Of a DNA stretch of 64,000 bases, positions 9,620 through 19,215 are shown in pieces (position 1 is the stretch's first letter; every line of letters starts with the position of its first letter). The translations under genes were made by a program, and so were the position numbers. The stretch is from assembly GCA_030620045.1 (NCBI GenBank), contig JAUXAD010000001.1:24088-88087 (forward strand), written 5' to 3'. The notes below the pieces were generated by a model, which saw only the letters and a list, made by a program, of their open reading frames with translations, had not been told where the DNA came from and searched no databases. The stretch is from an archaeon (GTDB lineage: Archaea; Nanobdellota; Nanobdellia; Pacearchaeales; GW2011-AR1).

Positions 9620-10251
9620 ATGAAAAAAGCCATGTTTTTGTTGATGCTAATAATTTTTATCATTGTGTAAAGAGCATTAAACAGCCCAATGAAATAGATT
9701 TTCTAAAATTAGGAAAACTTCTTTGCAAGATTAAAGGATATAATTTTATTGACATGATTTGGTATGCTTCAATCCCGGACTTAAAAGAAGATCCAAGGGA
9801 TTATTATTCTCATTTATCTTTTTTAGATGCTCTAGAAAGAAAAGGAATCAAAGTTGTAAAAAGAAAATTGCAAAAAGCTTCTAAGTTTGAAATTAATAAA
9901 AAGAAAAATAAAATCTTTAGCAAAATAAAGTTTTGTAATAATTGTAAGAAATTATTTGAGAAATTCATTCATTTAATTATTCAAACAAAAAAAGAAAAAG
10001 GAATTGATGTTTGGTGTGCTGTTGACATGATCAAGTATTGTTTGATGAATGGAGATTGCGATGTGTGCATTTTAATTTCAGGAGATGCGGATTTTGTTCC
10101 CGCGTTAAATCTCCTTAAGGATCATGGAAAGGATGTTTTAGTTGCGAGTGTGCATCAGGGATTTTCTAAAGAATTAAGAGATAATTTTGAATATTTTGTA
10201 ATCAAAACAGAAACTTTAAATAAATGTTTGAGAAATTATAACAAAAAATGA
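9620..10251 (+). CDS. NYN/LabA-family (PIN-like) ribonuclease, frameshifted near the start
   Basis: GAGGT SD then ATG 9620 MKKA; other frame VFVDANNFYH continues into EKGIDV and ILISGDADFVPA. Confidence 0.85.
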
Positions 10252-10303
10252 CAGATTCAAATCAAATTGTAAGAAACTATTGCCCATTTTTATGATATTT
10301 TCC

Positions 10304-10435
10304 TTATTTTCTTTTTTCATCAATACAATGTTTGATATGATTCTTGTAAGCCCATTCCATCATATAACCTTTTTGACATTTTTGGCATTTGTATCGATTT
10401 CTAAGAACTTTACAATTTTTATTGTGCTGCCCCAT
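10304..10435 (-). CDS. 43-aa C2HC/C2H2-type zinc-finger protein
   Basis: MGQHNKNCKVLRNRYKCQKCQKGYMVEWAYKNHIKHCIDEKRK*, GGAGGT SD just upstream; below ORF-track cutoff. Confidence 0.7.
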   Translation of the reverse strand: MGQHNKNCKVLRNRYKCQKCQKGYMMEWAYKNHIKHCIDEKRK

Positions 10436-10526
10436 TTAACCTCCGCGACTAATTTAAATTAAGCCGTGGGGTCACTATGTCTAATCATTTGGATTAAAGA
10501 ATGTAAAAGAATATAAATCTTCGCGT

Positions 10527-11297
10527 TCATTTTTCAGTAATCACCCTCGTAACATACTTCTTCTTCACAAATTCAAAAGCAGGATTTTTCATCTTAATTC
10601 CTCTTGGAGCTTTGGCCCAAACTTCATTGAGTTTTCTTTGTTCTCTTGGAACTTTGCTTTTTGTAAACTTCCAGCTGTCTGCAATAACATAAACAGGAAT
10701 TTTTTCGCTTCGGGCTATCTTTGCAATTACTTCACTTCCAATTTTATTTATGATTCCTTTTTTGAGGAGGGCGTCTGCTCCGAGAAAAACTTTATCTGCT
10801 TTTTTTGTTCCTTGCTCCTTACTAAGTGCTACGCCTAGTGCGCTGTCTACAAACATTGTAACTTTTATTCCTGCTTTTCTTAATTCTTTTGCTGTTTTTC
10901 TTCCTTGGTAGAGAGGGCGGGTTTCTGTATTATAAACTTCAAACTTTTTTCCTTTCTTTTTTGCGTAAATTAAAGCGCCAATTACATTTGTGCTATGGCA
11001 ATGTGTGAAAATAACATCTCCACTTTTGATTAATTTCAAAACTTTTTTATTTATCTTGTCTTGTGCTTCTGTAAAATGATTGTTTATTTCAGTTAAGGGT
11101 TTTCCCTTTTCAGCCATATCTAAAACATTTTCCATCATAGGTTCTGTTGGACGTGAAGACAAAAGTTTTTTCTTTGAAGCTTTTGTTGGAATTAAAGAAT
11201 AAGCTTTCAACGCAGACTTTGCAATATTCCTTGCCCCTTGAATTTTAATTTCCTTTATGTCTTTGACTATCTTGTTGAACTTACCTCTTTTATTCAT
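10527..11297 (-). CDS. ribose-1,5-bisphosphate isomerase / eIF2B-like protein
   Basis: IQGA, SRPTEP, THCHS, TETRPLYQG, GADA, NKIGS, NPAFE. Confidence 0.9.
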   Translation of the reverse strand: MNKRGKFNKIVKDIKEIKIQGARNIAKSALKAYSLIPTKASKKKLLSSRPTEPMMENVLDMAEKGKPLTEINNHFTEAQDKINKKVLKLIKSGDVIFTHCHSTNVIGALIYAKKKGKKFEVYNTETRPLYQGRKTAKELRKAGIKVTMFVDSALGVALSKEQGTKKADKVFLGADALLKKGIINKIGSEVIAKIARSEKIPVYVIADSWKFTKSKVPREQRKLNEVWAKAPRGIKMKNPAFEFVKKKYVTRVITEK

Positions 11298-11336
11298 GAT
11301 GGAAATAAGAATTAGGATTATAAAAAGTTAATTGAA

Positions 11337-11600
11337 TTAAAATAATTCTTCTGGTACTAATCTCGTTAGACCTTTTATCTCATTGAAGTCTGCAAGATGA
11401 TTTCTATGGAGCCTAGTATCTAGTTGAGAAGAAGGAGGTATTAAAGTTGACATGACCTTAAGAATTTTTCCTTGAGGATTATGGCCATAATACTTGGCAA
11501 CCACTTCTATAGGTGGTCTCCCTGAGTTACCTTCATCATACTGAAGCATAATAAGGTCTCCAGACCTTAACTTCTTGCAAGCTTCATTTATGTCTGCCAT
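11337..11600 (-). CDS. hypothetical protein
   Basis: 87 aa ORF. Confidence 0.55.
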   Translation of the reverse strand: MADINEACKKLRSGDLIMLQYDEGNSGRPPIEVVAKYYGHNPQGKILKVMSTLIPPSSQLDTRLHRNHLADFNEIKGLTRLVPEELF

Positions 11601-11675
11601 TTTAATTTCTTATCGGAACTCCTACTTTTTAAGGATTTGTATACTTATAATATCACAAAAATTTAAAAGTAGTAT

Positions 11676-12551
11676 TTGGTTTACTCAAACATGTTAGAAT
11701 CTTTGATTAATCCAAAAAAGGTGGAAAAAGGACCATGGAAAATGCTCTTTATTGGTCTGATTTATGGTTCACTTTCTCTTTTGCTTGTGTATTGGTTTTT
11801 TTCCAAAGACCCTGTGTTGTCGCAATATTCTGGACTTATTGTAGTAACTTTCTGCGTTATGTTTTCTCTGCCTTTTATGTATTTTATAATAAAACAAGAA
11901 GCAGACCAGGATGAACAGGTTGAAGGATTATTAGGTGTTTGGAAAGCTCACAGCGATGCTATTTTTGCTTTGATGTGGCTATTTTTAGGATTTATTCTTG
12001 CGTTTGCTCTTTGGTATACAATCCTGCAAGACACGAACCTGTTTAATGCTCAGGTAGAGACATATTGTATGATAAATAACCCGGGAAGTATTGAAGATTG
12101 TGTTGCAAGATATGATTTTTCTCAACAAGTAGCTTCTACTGGTGCAGCAACAAGAGAAGTAAGACTTTTATCAATTATAGAGAATAATGTTTATGTTATG
12201 ATTTTTACGCTGATTTTTTCTTTAATTTTTGGGGCGGGAGCTATATTTGTTTTGGCTTGGAATGCAAGTGTTATTGCTGCAGCGATTAGCATATTCACCA
12301 AATATCAAATAACCCATATTCCTTTGGGAATTGCAAGATATATGATTCATGGTTTTCCAGAGATTGCTGCTTATTTTATCACTGCTCTGGCAGGAGGAAT
12401 CTTTGGGGTTGGAATAATTAAAAATGGAATAAAAAGCCCGAAATTTTTAAGAGTAATAGAAAATGTAGTTATTCTGCTTTTTGTAGCAATAGTTATTTTA
12501 ATACTTGCTGCATTGATTGAAGTATATCTTACTCCTATTCTATTTAAGTAA
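11676..12551 (+). CDS. SpoIIM/DUF95-family membrane protein (likely start 11691)
   Basis: Multiple TMs; IIENN, LAWNAS, HGFPEIAAY, AALIEVY. Confidence 0.85.
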   Translation: MVYSNMLESLINPKKVEKGPWKMLFIGLIYGSLSLLLVYWFFSKDPVLSQYSGLIVVTFCVMFSLPFMYFIIKQEADQDEQVEGLLGVWKAHSDAIFALMWLFLGFILAFALWYTILQDTNLFNAQVETYCMINNPGSIEDCVARYDFSQQVASTGAATREVRLLSIIENNVYVMIFTLIFSLIFGAGAIFVLAWNASVIAAAISIFTKYQITHIPLGIARYMIHGFPEIAAYFITALAGGIFGVGIIKNGIKSPKFLRVIENVVILLFVAIVILILAALIEVYLTPILFK

Positions 12552-12585
12552 TTAAATTTAAAAATCTTGAATAATCTTATAAATC

Positions 12586-13565
12586 ATGGAATCAATACTT
12601 TTGCTTGCTATCCTTGTTAGTTTTTTTTGCACGTATTTAATTCTTCCTTACTGGATAAAAAGGCTAAGTTAAAAGGTTTAGTTGACAGAGACATGCACAA
12701 AAAGGATAAAAGAGAAGTCGCTGAAGGAGGAGGAATTGTTGTTTTATTTGGAGTTTCTTTAGGAATTTTGTTATATGTCGCAATAAACACTTTTGTTTTT
12801 AAAAGCACAGGGGTATTAACTTATATCTTTGCTTTGTTATGTGTTTTATTTATTAGCTCGTTCGTAGGAATTGTTGATGATCTTCTTGGATGGAAAAAAG
12901 GATTAAATAAAAAAATAAGAATATTAATTGTATTATTTTCTGCTGTCCCCTTAATAGTTATTAATGCAGGTGAATCAACAATGATGGGGATTGATTTTGG
13001 GTTGCTTTATCCTCTTTTATTAATTCCACTAGGAATCTTGGGTGCAACAACAACTTTTAATTTTTTAGCAGGGTATAATGGACTTGAAGCAGGTCAGGGG
13101 ATTATAATCTTATCTGCATTAGCATTAGTAACCTGGCTTACTGGAAATAGCTGGTTAAGTGTAATTGCTTTATGCATGGTTGCCGCCTTAATTGCATTTT
13201 ATATATTTAATAAATATCCTGCCAAAGTTTTCCCAGGAGATATAATGACTTATTCTGTTGGTGCATTAATTGCTGTGATTGCTATTTTAGGAAATATAGA
13301 AAAAATTGCAATCTTCTTTTTTATTCCTTATATAATTGAAACAGGATTAAAATTAAGAGGTAAATTAAAGAAAGAAAGTTTTGCAAAAGTAAATGAAGAT
13401 GGAAGTTTGGAGATGCCTTATGAAAAAGTGTATGGGTTGGAACATTTGGCAATAAAGATTTTGAGGAAGTTTAAGAAGAAAGTTTATGAAAGAGAAGTTG
13501 TGTGGTTGATTCACGGATTTCAGATAATTGTGATTGGGATTGGGTTTTTATTGTTTATGATATAA
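12586..13565 (+). CDS. MraY-like UDP-GlcNAc:dolichol-phosphate GlcNAc-1-P transferase (AglH-like), frameshift at ~12657-12661
   Basis: DMHK, AEGGG, GIVDDLL, NFLAGYNGLE, FPGD; N-terminal TM MESILLLAILVSFFCTYLILPYWIK lies in another frame. Confidence 0.88.
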
Positions 13566-13607
13566 CTAAAACTTTTAAAACAAGATTTACTCTTAATTTG
13601 AGATAAA

Positions 13608-16556
13608 ATGGATGAAGAAAATATAAAAGATAGTCATGTAGAGGATAGTGAAATTAAGGAAAGCAAGATTGAAGAAAGTGATATTGAAGGTAGTCAGATA
13701 AAAGATAGTGAGATTAAAGAGAGTCATATCGAAGATAGTAAGATTGAGGATAGTAAGATAGTTGGAGAAACAATAAAAGAAAATAAAAAAATAAGTGAAT
13801 ATTTCAAAAAACAAGAAATAAAAAAATATTTCAATCAGACAAAAAATTTCCTTAACCAGAAAAAAGTCATTAATTTCGTAATTATATCTTTACTATTAGT
13901 CCTTTTAATTGGTGGTTCTTGGATTAGATTACAAAATTTGCCTCATCTTAAAGACGCCACAACAGGGGAATACATTCCTCTTGCATTAGATCCTTTTTAT
14001 TTCTTGAGGGTTGCTGAAACAATGGTGGAGCAAGGAGGATTGCCTGCTTATGATGCTATGAGGACAGGAGGAATTTTTGATGTAGAATGGCATCCTGAAA
14101 TATTGCCACAAACAGTTATTTTTCTGCATAAAATAGGGGGCATATTTGATAAAGATGTTACAATACAATTTATTAATGTAATTTCTCCTGTTATATTTTT
14201 TGCGTTGGCTTTAGTTATTTTTTTCTTCTTAATATATGTTTTAACAAAATCTAAAATTACTGCTATATTAAGCAGTGCCCTCCTTACAATTATTCCTGCT
14301 TATCTTTACAGAACACTAGCTGGTTTCTCTGATCACGAAGCAATTGGAATGCTTGCTTTTTTCCTGGCATTGCTTTGCTATGGTTTGGCTTTAAAATTCC
14401 TTGACAAATTAAAAATGGAAAACCAGAATAAACAAGAGAAAAAGAATATTTTAATCAAAACTATTTTATGGGGATTGCTTGTTGGGTTTGTTTCTGCATT
14501 TACAATAGCAAGCTGGACAGGAATTGCAAAATTTATTTTTATGATTATTCCATTAAGTTTTGGTTTATTTTGGTTAATCAAGGTTCAGAATCCAGAGAAT
14601 TTAAATAAAAAACCTCTTTATAATTTTTTAATATTTTATTTAGTTTGGTTTTTATCAAGTATTTTGTTTGGTTTACTATATGGGTTTGATTTTTCTTCAA
14701 TAATCACAGTAGTTGTTCTTGGTTCAAGTAGCCTTCTTACAGGAGCAGTCTTCTTATTTTTAATTGTGGATTTTTCAGTAATTAAATTAAAAGCAAAAAT
14801 TAATTTTATATCAAAAGAAAAGCTGGACAAATACAGGATTTTATTTAGTGGGTTAATTGTTATTATTTTGGGAGTGATTTTTTTCTCTCTTTATGGGAAA
14901 AATATCCTTTCTCTCATTTCAAGTATAATAGATAGGCTTTTACATCCTTTTGGATTGGGAAGATTGGTATTGACTGTAGCAGAAAATGCTCAACCATATC
15001 TTATGGATTGGATGAACCAAATTGGCAAGATATTTTTTTGGTTATTTTATGCAGGAATGGTTTTTGTTGGGATTAATGCTGCTAAAGGCATTGAAAAAAA
15101 GAAAAATAAGATTTTATTTGTTTTATTTTGGATAATTATGATTTCTGGAATTTTATTTAGTAGAATTTCTTCTTCTTCATTATTTAATGGGACTAATTTT
15201 ATAAGTAAATTCGTTTATTTTGGGGGTTTAATTTTATTTGCAGGATATTTTTTATGGCTTTATTTTCATGATAAAATTAAAATAAAAAGCGAATTAATCT
15301 TAATTGCTTCTTGGTTATTTATTATGCTAATTGCGGCAAGAGGGGCGATAAGACTTTTCTTTGTAATTACTCCTTTTGTTTGTTTTATGGTTAGTTATTC
15401 TGTTATTAAATTGTTTAATTATGCAAAGAAAAGTAAAGAAGAAGTTTTAAAACTTATTTTATTTGCAGTCCTAATCTTAGTGATTATAGGATTAATAATT
15501 AGTTCTTTTAATTTTGCGACCATCACAATCCGGCAAGCAAAATATACCGGGCCTTCTGCAAACCCTCAATGGCAAAATGCGATGTCTTGGGTAAGAGAAA
15601 ATACTCCTGAAAACTCAATATTTGTTCACTGGTGGGACTATGGTTATTGGGTGCAATATCTCGGAGAAAGACCAACTTTAGCTGATGGAGGGCAAATTCA
15701 AAGTATGTATCAGGGGAACCATAAAATAGGAAGATATATTTTAACAACCCCAAAACCAGAAACAGCTTTAAGCTTTTTTAAAACAATGAACATTTCCTAT
15801 TTATTAATTGACCCAACAGATATAGGAAAATATTCTGCTTATTCAGGTATTGGAAGTGATGAATCAGGAAGTGATAGATTTGCTTGGATTCCTACAATGT
15901 TAATAGATGAAAAACAGACTCAAGAAACAAATAATCAAACAATTTATGTTTATTCTGGAGGCACTGTGTTAGATAGTGATATAACTTACAATGAAAATGA
16001 AAAAGAAATATTTTTGCCAGAAAAAAAAGCAATTGTCGGTGGAATTATTTTGGAAACAATGAAATCTAAAGAAGTTATATCATTAAAACAACCAGAAGGA
16101 GTTTTCTTTTATAATGAAAAACAAACCAGAATCCCCTTAAGATATATTTATTATAATGGAGAAATTTTAGATTTCGAGAATGGCTTAGAGGTAGTTATTT
16201 ATATTATTCCGAAAGTTGATCAAACAAGTCAGGGGATTCAAATGAATAATTTGGGTGCGGTGATATATCTTTCTCCAAAAGTTTCAAAGAGCTTAGTTTC
16301 TCAATTATACTTAATGAATGATCCTTTTGATAATTATAAAACAATTAAATTAGTGCATTCAGAACCAGATCCCTATGTAAGCTTATTAAAAGCACAAGGC
16401 ATTGACTTAAATGATTTTATTTATTTTAATGGGATTAGAGGGCCTATAAAGATTTGGGAAACAATTAATATCCCTAATGAAATAAATATTGTTGAAGAAT
16501 TTTATGCGCCTTCTGAAGGATATGGGTCATTGGATGATTTGAAGTTTAAGGGATAA
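13608..16556 (+). CDS. aglB: oligosaccharyltransferase AglB (STT3)
   Basis: WWDYG, DPFYFLR, GFSDHE, TVAEN; many TMs. Confidence 0.95.
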   Translation: MDEENIKDSHVEDSEIKESKIEESDIEGSQIKDSEIKESHIEDSKIEDSKIVGETIKENKKISEYFKKQEIKKYFNQTKNFLNQKKVINFVIISLLLVLLIGGSWIRLQNLPHLKDATTGEYIPLALDPFYFLRVAETMVEQGGLPAYDAMRTGGIFDVEWHPEILPQTVIFLHKIGGIFDKDVTIQFINVISPVIFFALALVIFFFLIYVLTKSKITAILSSALLTIIPAYLYRTLAGFSDHEAIGMLAFFLALLCYGLALKFLDKLKMENQNKQEKKNILIKTILWGLLVGFVSAFTIASWTGIAKFIFMIIPLSFGLFWLIKVQNPENLNKKPLYNFLIFYLVWFLSSILFGLLYGFDFSSIITVVVLGSSSLLTGAVFLFLIVDFSVIKLKAKINFISKEKLDKYRILFSGLIVIILGVIFFSLYGKNILSLISSIIDRLLHPFGLGRLVLTVAENAQPYLMDWMNQIGKIFFWLFYAGMVFVGINAAKGIEKKKNKILFVLFWIIMISGILFSRISSSSLFNGTNFISKFVYFGGLILFAGYFLWLYFHDKIKIKSELILIASWLFIMLIAARGAIRLFFVITPFVCFMVSYSVIKLFNYAKKSKEEVLKLILFAVLILVIIGLIISSFNFATITIRQAKYTGPSANPQWQNAMSWVRENTPENSIFVHWWDYGYWVQYLGERPTLADGGQIQSMYQGNHKIGRYILTTPKPETALSFFKTMNISYLLIDPTDIGKYSAYSGIGSDESGSDRFAWIPTMLIDEKQTQETNNQTIYVYSGGTVLDSDITYNENEKEIFLPEKKAIVGGIILETMKSKEVISLKQPEGVFFYNEKQTRIPLRYIYYNGEILDFENGLEVVIYIIPKVDQTSQGIQMNNLGAVIYLSPKVSKSLVSQLYLMNDPFDNYKTIKLVHSEPDPYVSLLKAQGIDLNDFIYFNGIRGPIKIWETINIPNEINIVEEFYAPSEGYGSLDDLKFKG
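13629..13763 (+). repeat. nine degenerate 15-bp coding repeats ([DEG]SxI[EK]) at AglB N-terminus
   Basis: DSHVE DSEIK ESKIE ESDIE GSQIK DSEIK ESHIE DSKIE DSKIV. Confidence 0.9.
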
Positions 16557-16589
16557 AAAGTTTTTAAATAGTAAAAATCTGCCTATTTT

Positions 16590-17267
16590 ATGAAAATTAT
16601 CTATTTTGTAGACAAAAAACCTGAAGAAATTTTAACCCTAAAAAAACCTTTAATATTTAATTTTTTTAATATGCATAGCTTGTATCTATTTAACAATAAT
16701 TCTCAATTCAGAAAAAGTCTTTCTAATGAAAATAGTGTGAATTTCCCAGATGGAAAACTAATTTCTATTAAATTAGGGGTAAGTCAAAAAAGAGGTCCAA
16801 CATTTACAAAACATTTTTTATTATCAGGGAACTCTAAATTAAAAAAACATTTTTTCATAGGTAATGTTAACAAAAAGAAATTATCTAAAATTACAGACAT
16901 CCCCCGAAAAAATATTTATTCCTATGATCTGCCATTTATAAAAGAGTTGGAGTTTCCAAAAAGAGAAAAGTATTCAATCTTAAAGAAATTAAAAAGCTTT
17001 AAACCAGATTTTGTATGGGTTTGCATTGGCAATCCTAAACAAGAAATTTTATCAAATTACTTATATACAAAATATCCGACAAATTATTTCAATGTTGGTG
17101 CAGGAATGGATTTCTTGTTGGGAAAAAAATCTGAATCTCCAAGATTCTTCAGAAAAATATGTTTAGAATGGTTTTATAGAGGACTTACTGACTTTAAGCA
17201 TTCAAAAATAAAAATTTGGAGGAGCATTTTAGCAATTTTATATTTAAATAAGATATACTTAAAATGA
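16590..17267 (+). CDS. WecB/TagA/CpsF-family glycosyltransferase
   Basis: FPDG, PDFVWVCIGNPKQE, VGAGMDF, LEWFYR. Confidence 0.9.
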   Translation: MKIIYFVDKKPEEILTLKKPLIFNFFNMHSLYLFNNNSQFRKSLSNENSVNFPDGKLISIKLGVSQKRGPTFTKHFLLSGNSKLKKHFFIGNVNKKKLSKITDIPRKNIYSYDLPFIKELEFPKREKYSILKKLKSFKPDFVWVCIGNPKQEILSNYLYTKYPTNYFNVGAGMDFLLGKKSESPRFFRKICLEWFYRGLTDFKHSKIKIWRSILAILYLNKIYLK

Positions 17268-18376
17268 AAAAGAAAATTTTGTTTATTAGTCCGCTTCCAC
17301 CTCCACATTATGGAAGCGCAATGTCTAGTGAAACTTGTTTAGAAATATTAAAGAAATCAAAAGATTTCGAAGTCAGAAATATAAAATTAAATTATTCCAA
17401 AAAATTAAGCGATATTGGAACATTAAATCTTTTAAAAATAATTGGTTTTTTTAAAGTAATAAGACAAATAAAGAGAGAATTAATGGATTTTAATCCAGAT
17501 TTAATTTATTTCGTTCCAGCAACATCTGGTTTTGGTTTATATCGGGATTATTTGTTTATCAAGAAAATTAAAAAAATATTTGATAGAAAAATTTTATTTC
17601 ACATCAGAAGTAGAATTTCTTCTGAGGATTGGAAGAAACATAAAAAAATTTATAAAAAAATGTTTGAAAAGGAAAGGGCACTTGTCCTTGGAAAAGAACT
17701 TGTTCATGATTTAAGAAATTTAATTCCTTCTGAAAAAGTATTTATTCTTCCTAATGCAATAAAAAATGAAGTTTCTGATAAAAAATTTCAGAATATAATC
17801 AAAAAAAGAGAAGAAGAAAAAGAGTTCAATATCTTGTTTCTTTCAAATATGGATGAAAGTAAGGGATGGCTTAAATTACTGCAAGCTTGTTCTATTTTAA
17901 AAAAGAAAAGAAAAAAATTCAATTGTAATTTTGTCGGGGCATGGCCTTCCTTAAAAGAAAAGAAAAGATTCGAAATACTCACTAAGAAGTATGGTCTAGA
18001 AAAAAATGTCAAATATCTTGGGAAAAAAATAGGAAAAGAAAAAAATAAAATTTTAGAAAATTATGATGTTTTAGTTTTTCCAACAGAATATAAATTAGAA
18101 ACTTTTGGTAGAGTTATTTTAGAAGGCATGATGTTTGGATTGCCTGTTATTGCTAATGGAATTGCAACTATTCCTACAACGATCCAACATGGAAAAACAG
18201 GGTTTGTTTTGAAAGAGAATACTGCAGAAGAAATTGCAGAAAAACTAAATTTATTGTTAAATAATAAAGCAAAAAGAATTAACATGGGAAAGGGAGGGAG
18301 ACAAAGATTTTTAGAACATTATACTCTGAAGGAATACGAAAAAAAATTTAAAAATATTTTTGAGAAGATAAAATGA
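17264..18376 (+). CDS. GT4 glycosyltransferase
   Basis: ETFGRVILEGMMFGLPVI. Confidence 0.9.
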   Translation: MKKKILFISPLPPPHYGSAMSSETCLEILKKSKDFEVRNIKLNYSKKLSDIGTLNLLKIIGFFKVIRQIKRELMDFNPDLIYFVPATSGFGLYRDYLFIKKIKKIFDRKILFHIRSRISSEDWKKHKKIYKKMFEKERALVLGKELVHDLRNLIPSEKVFILPNAIKNEVSDKKFQNIIKKREEEKEFNILFLSNMDESKGWLKLLQACSILKKKRKKFNCNFVGAWPSLKEKKRFEILTKKYGLEKNVKYLGKKIGKEKNKILENYDVLVFPTEYKLETFGRVILEGMMFGLPVIANGIATIPTTIQHGKTGFVLKENTAEEIAEKLNLLLNNKAKRINMGKGGRQRFLEHYTLKEYEKKFKNIFEKIK

Positions 18377-19215
18377 AAAATCGAGATAAAAACCTTAAGA
18401 ACACAACAGATGATATTTTAAAAAAGAAAAATATTGGTGAGCAAGAGAGGAACAAATTATGGTGGGAGGCGCATCCAATGACTTATGAAGATTGGGATAA
18501 GCAAAGGGAGTTGAGAATTCCTAAATCTAAAAAAGATTTTTTGAAAGTAGAAGAGAATTTTTTAAATGGAAACCCTTTTTTTAGGGGATTTGATTTTGGT
18601 GCATTTAAAAATAAAAAAGTTTTAGAAATTGGTTGTGGTTCTGGAGCAGCTTCTTGTTTATTTGCCAAGGGGGGAGCAAAAGTTGTCGCAGTGGATATAA
18701 CTAAAGAAGGGGTGGAAATGACAAGGAAAAATGCGAATTTTCAAAACTTAAAAATTAAAGTTTTGCGAGCAGATGCAAAAAACTTAGATTTTCCTAATGA
18801 GAACTTTGATTATATTTTCTCCTGGGGAGTTTTGCACCATTCACAAAATACAATAAAGGCCTTCAAAGAAGTTTCGAGGGTTTTAAGAAAAGGAGTATCT
18901 GGATTAATAATGGTATATAACAAAAATAGTTTGAGATATTATATCAATGGTTTAAACTGGCTAATCTTGAAAGGTAAAATTTTCAAGGGCTATAATTTAG
19001 AAAAAGTTCAAGATTTTTATACAGATGGCTACTACCATAGACATTTTACTGCAAGAGAATTAAAAAAAGAATTGGGAAAATTAGGTTTAAAATGTGATAA
19101 GATTATTATTACGCATATGGGGACTAAGATGATTCCTTTTCTTCCGAAGTTTATTATATTATGGTTAAAGGATCACTTCGGATGGTTGTTGATTATTAAA
19201 TTTAAGAAAGAGTGA
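18373..19215 (+). CDS. class I SAM methyltransferase
   Basis: VLEIGCGSG, FDYIFSWGVLHH. Confidence 0.9.
   Translation: MKNRDKNLKNTTDDILKKKNIGEQERNKLWWEAHPMTYEDWDKQRELRIPKSKKDFLKVEENFLNGNPFFRGFDFGAFKNKKVLEIGCGSGAASCLFAKGGAKVVAVDITKEGVEMTRKNANFQNLKIKVLRADAKNLDFPNENFDYIFSWGVLHHSQNTIKAFKEVSRVLRKGVSGLIMVYNKNSLRYYINGLNWLILKGKIFKGYNLEKVQDFYTDGYYHRHFTARELKKELGKLGLKCDKIIITHMGTKMIPFLPKFIILWLKDHFGWLLIIKFKKE

Noticed and set aside
10280-10462. 60-aa plus-strand ORF
   Set aside because: Shadow of the minus-strand zinc-finger gene, which has an SD and a clear motif
9173-10630. Diversity-generating retroelement TR/VR pair
   Set aside because: Mismatches are not adenine-restricted, many are synonymous, and no reverse transcriptase is in the window
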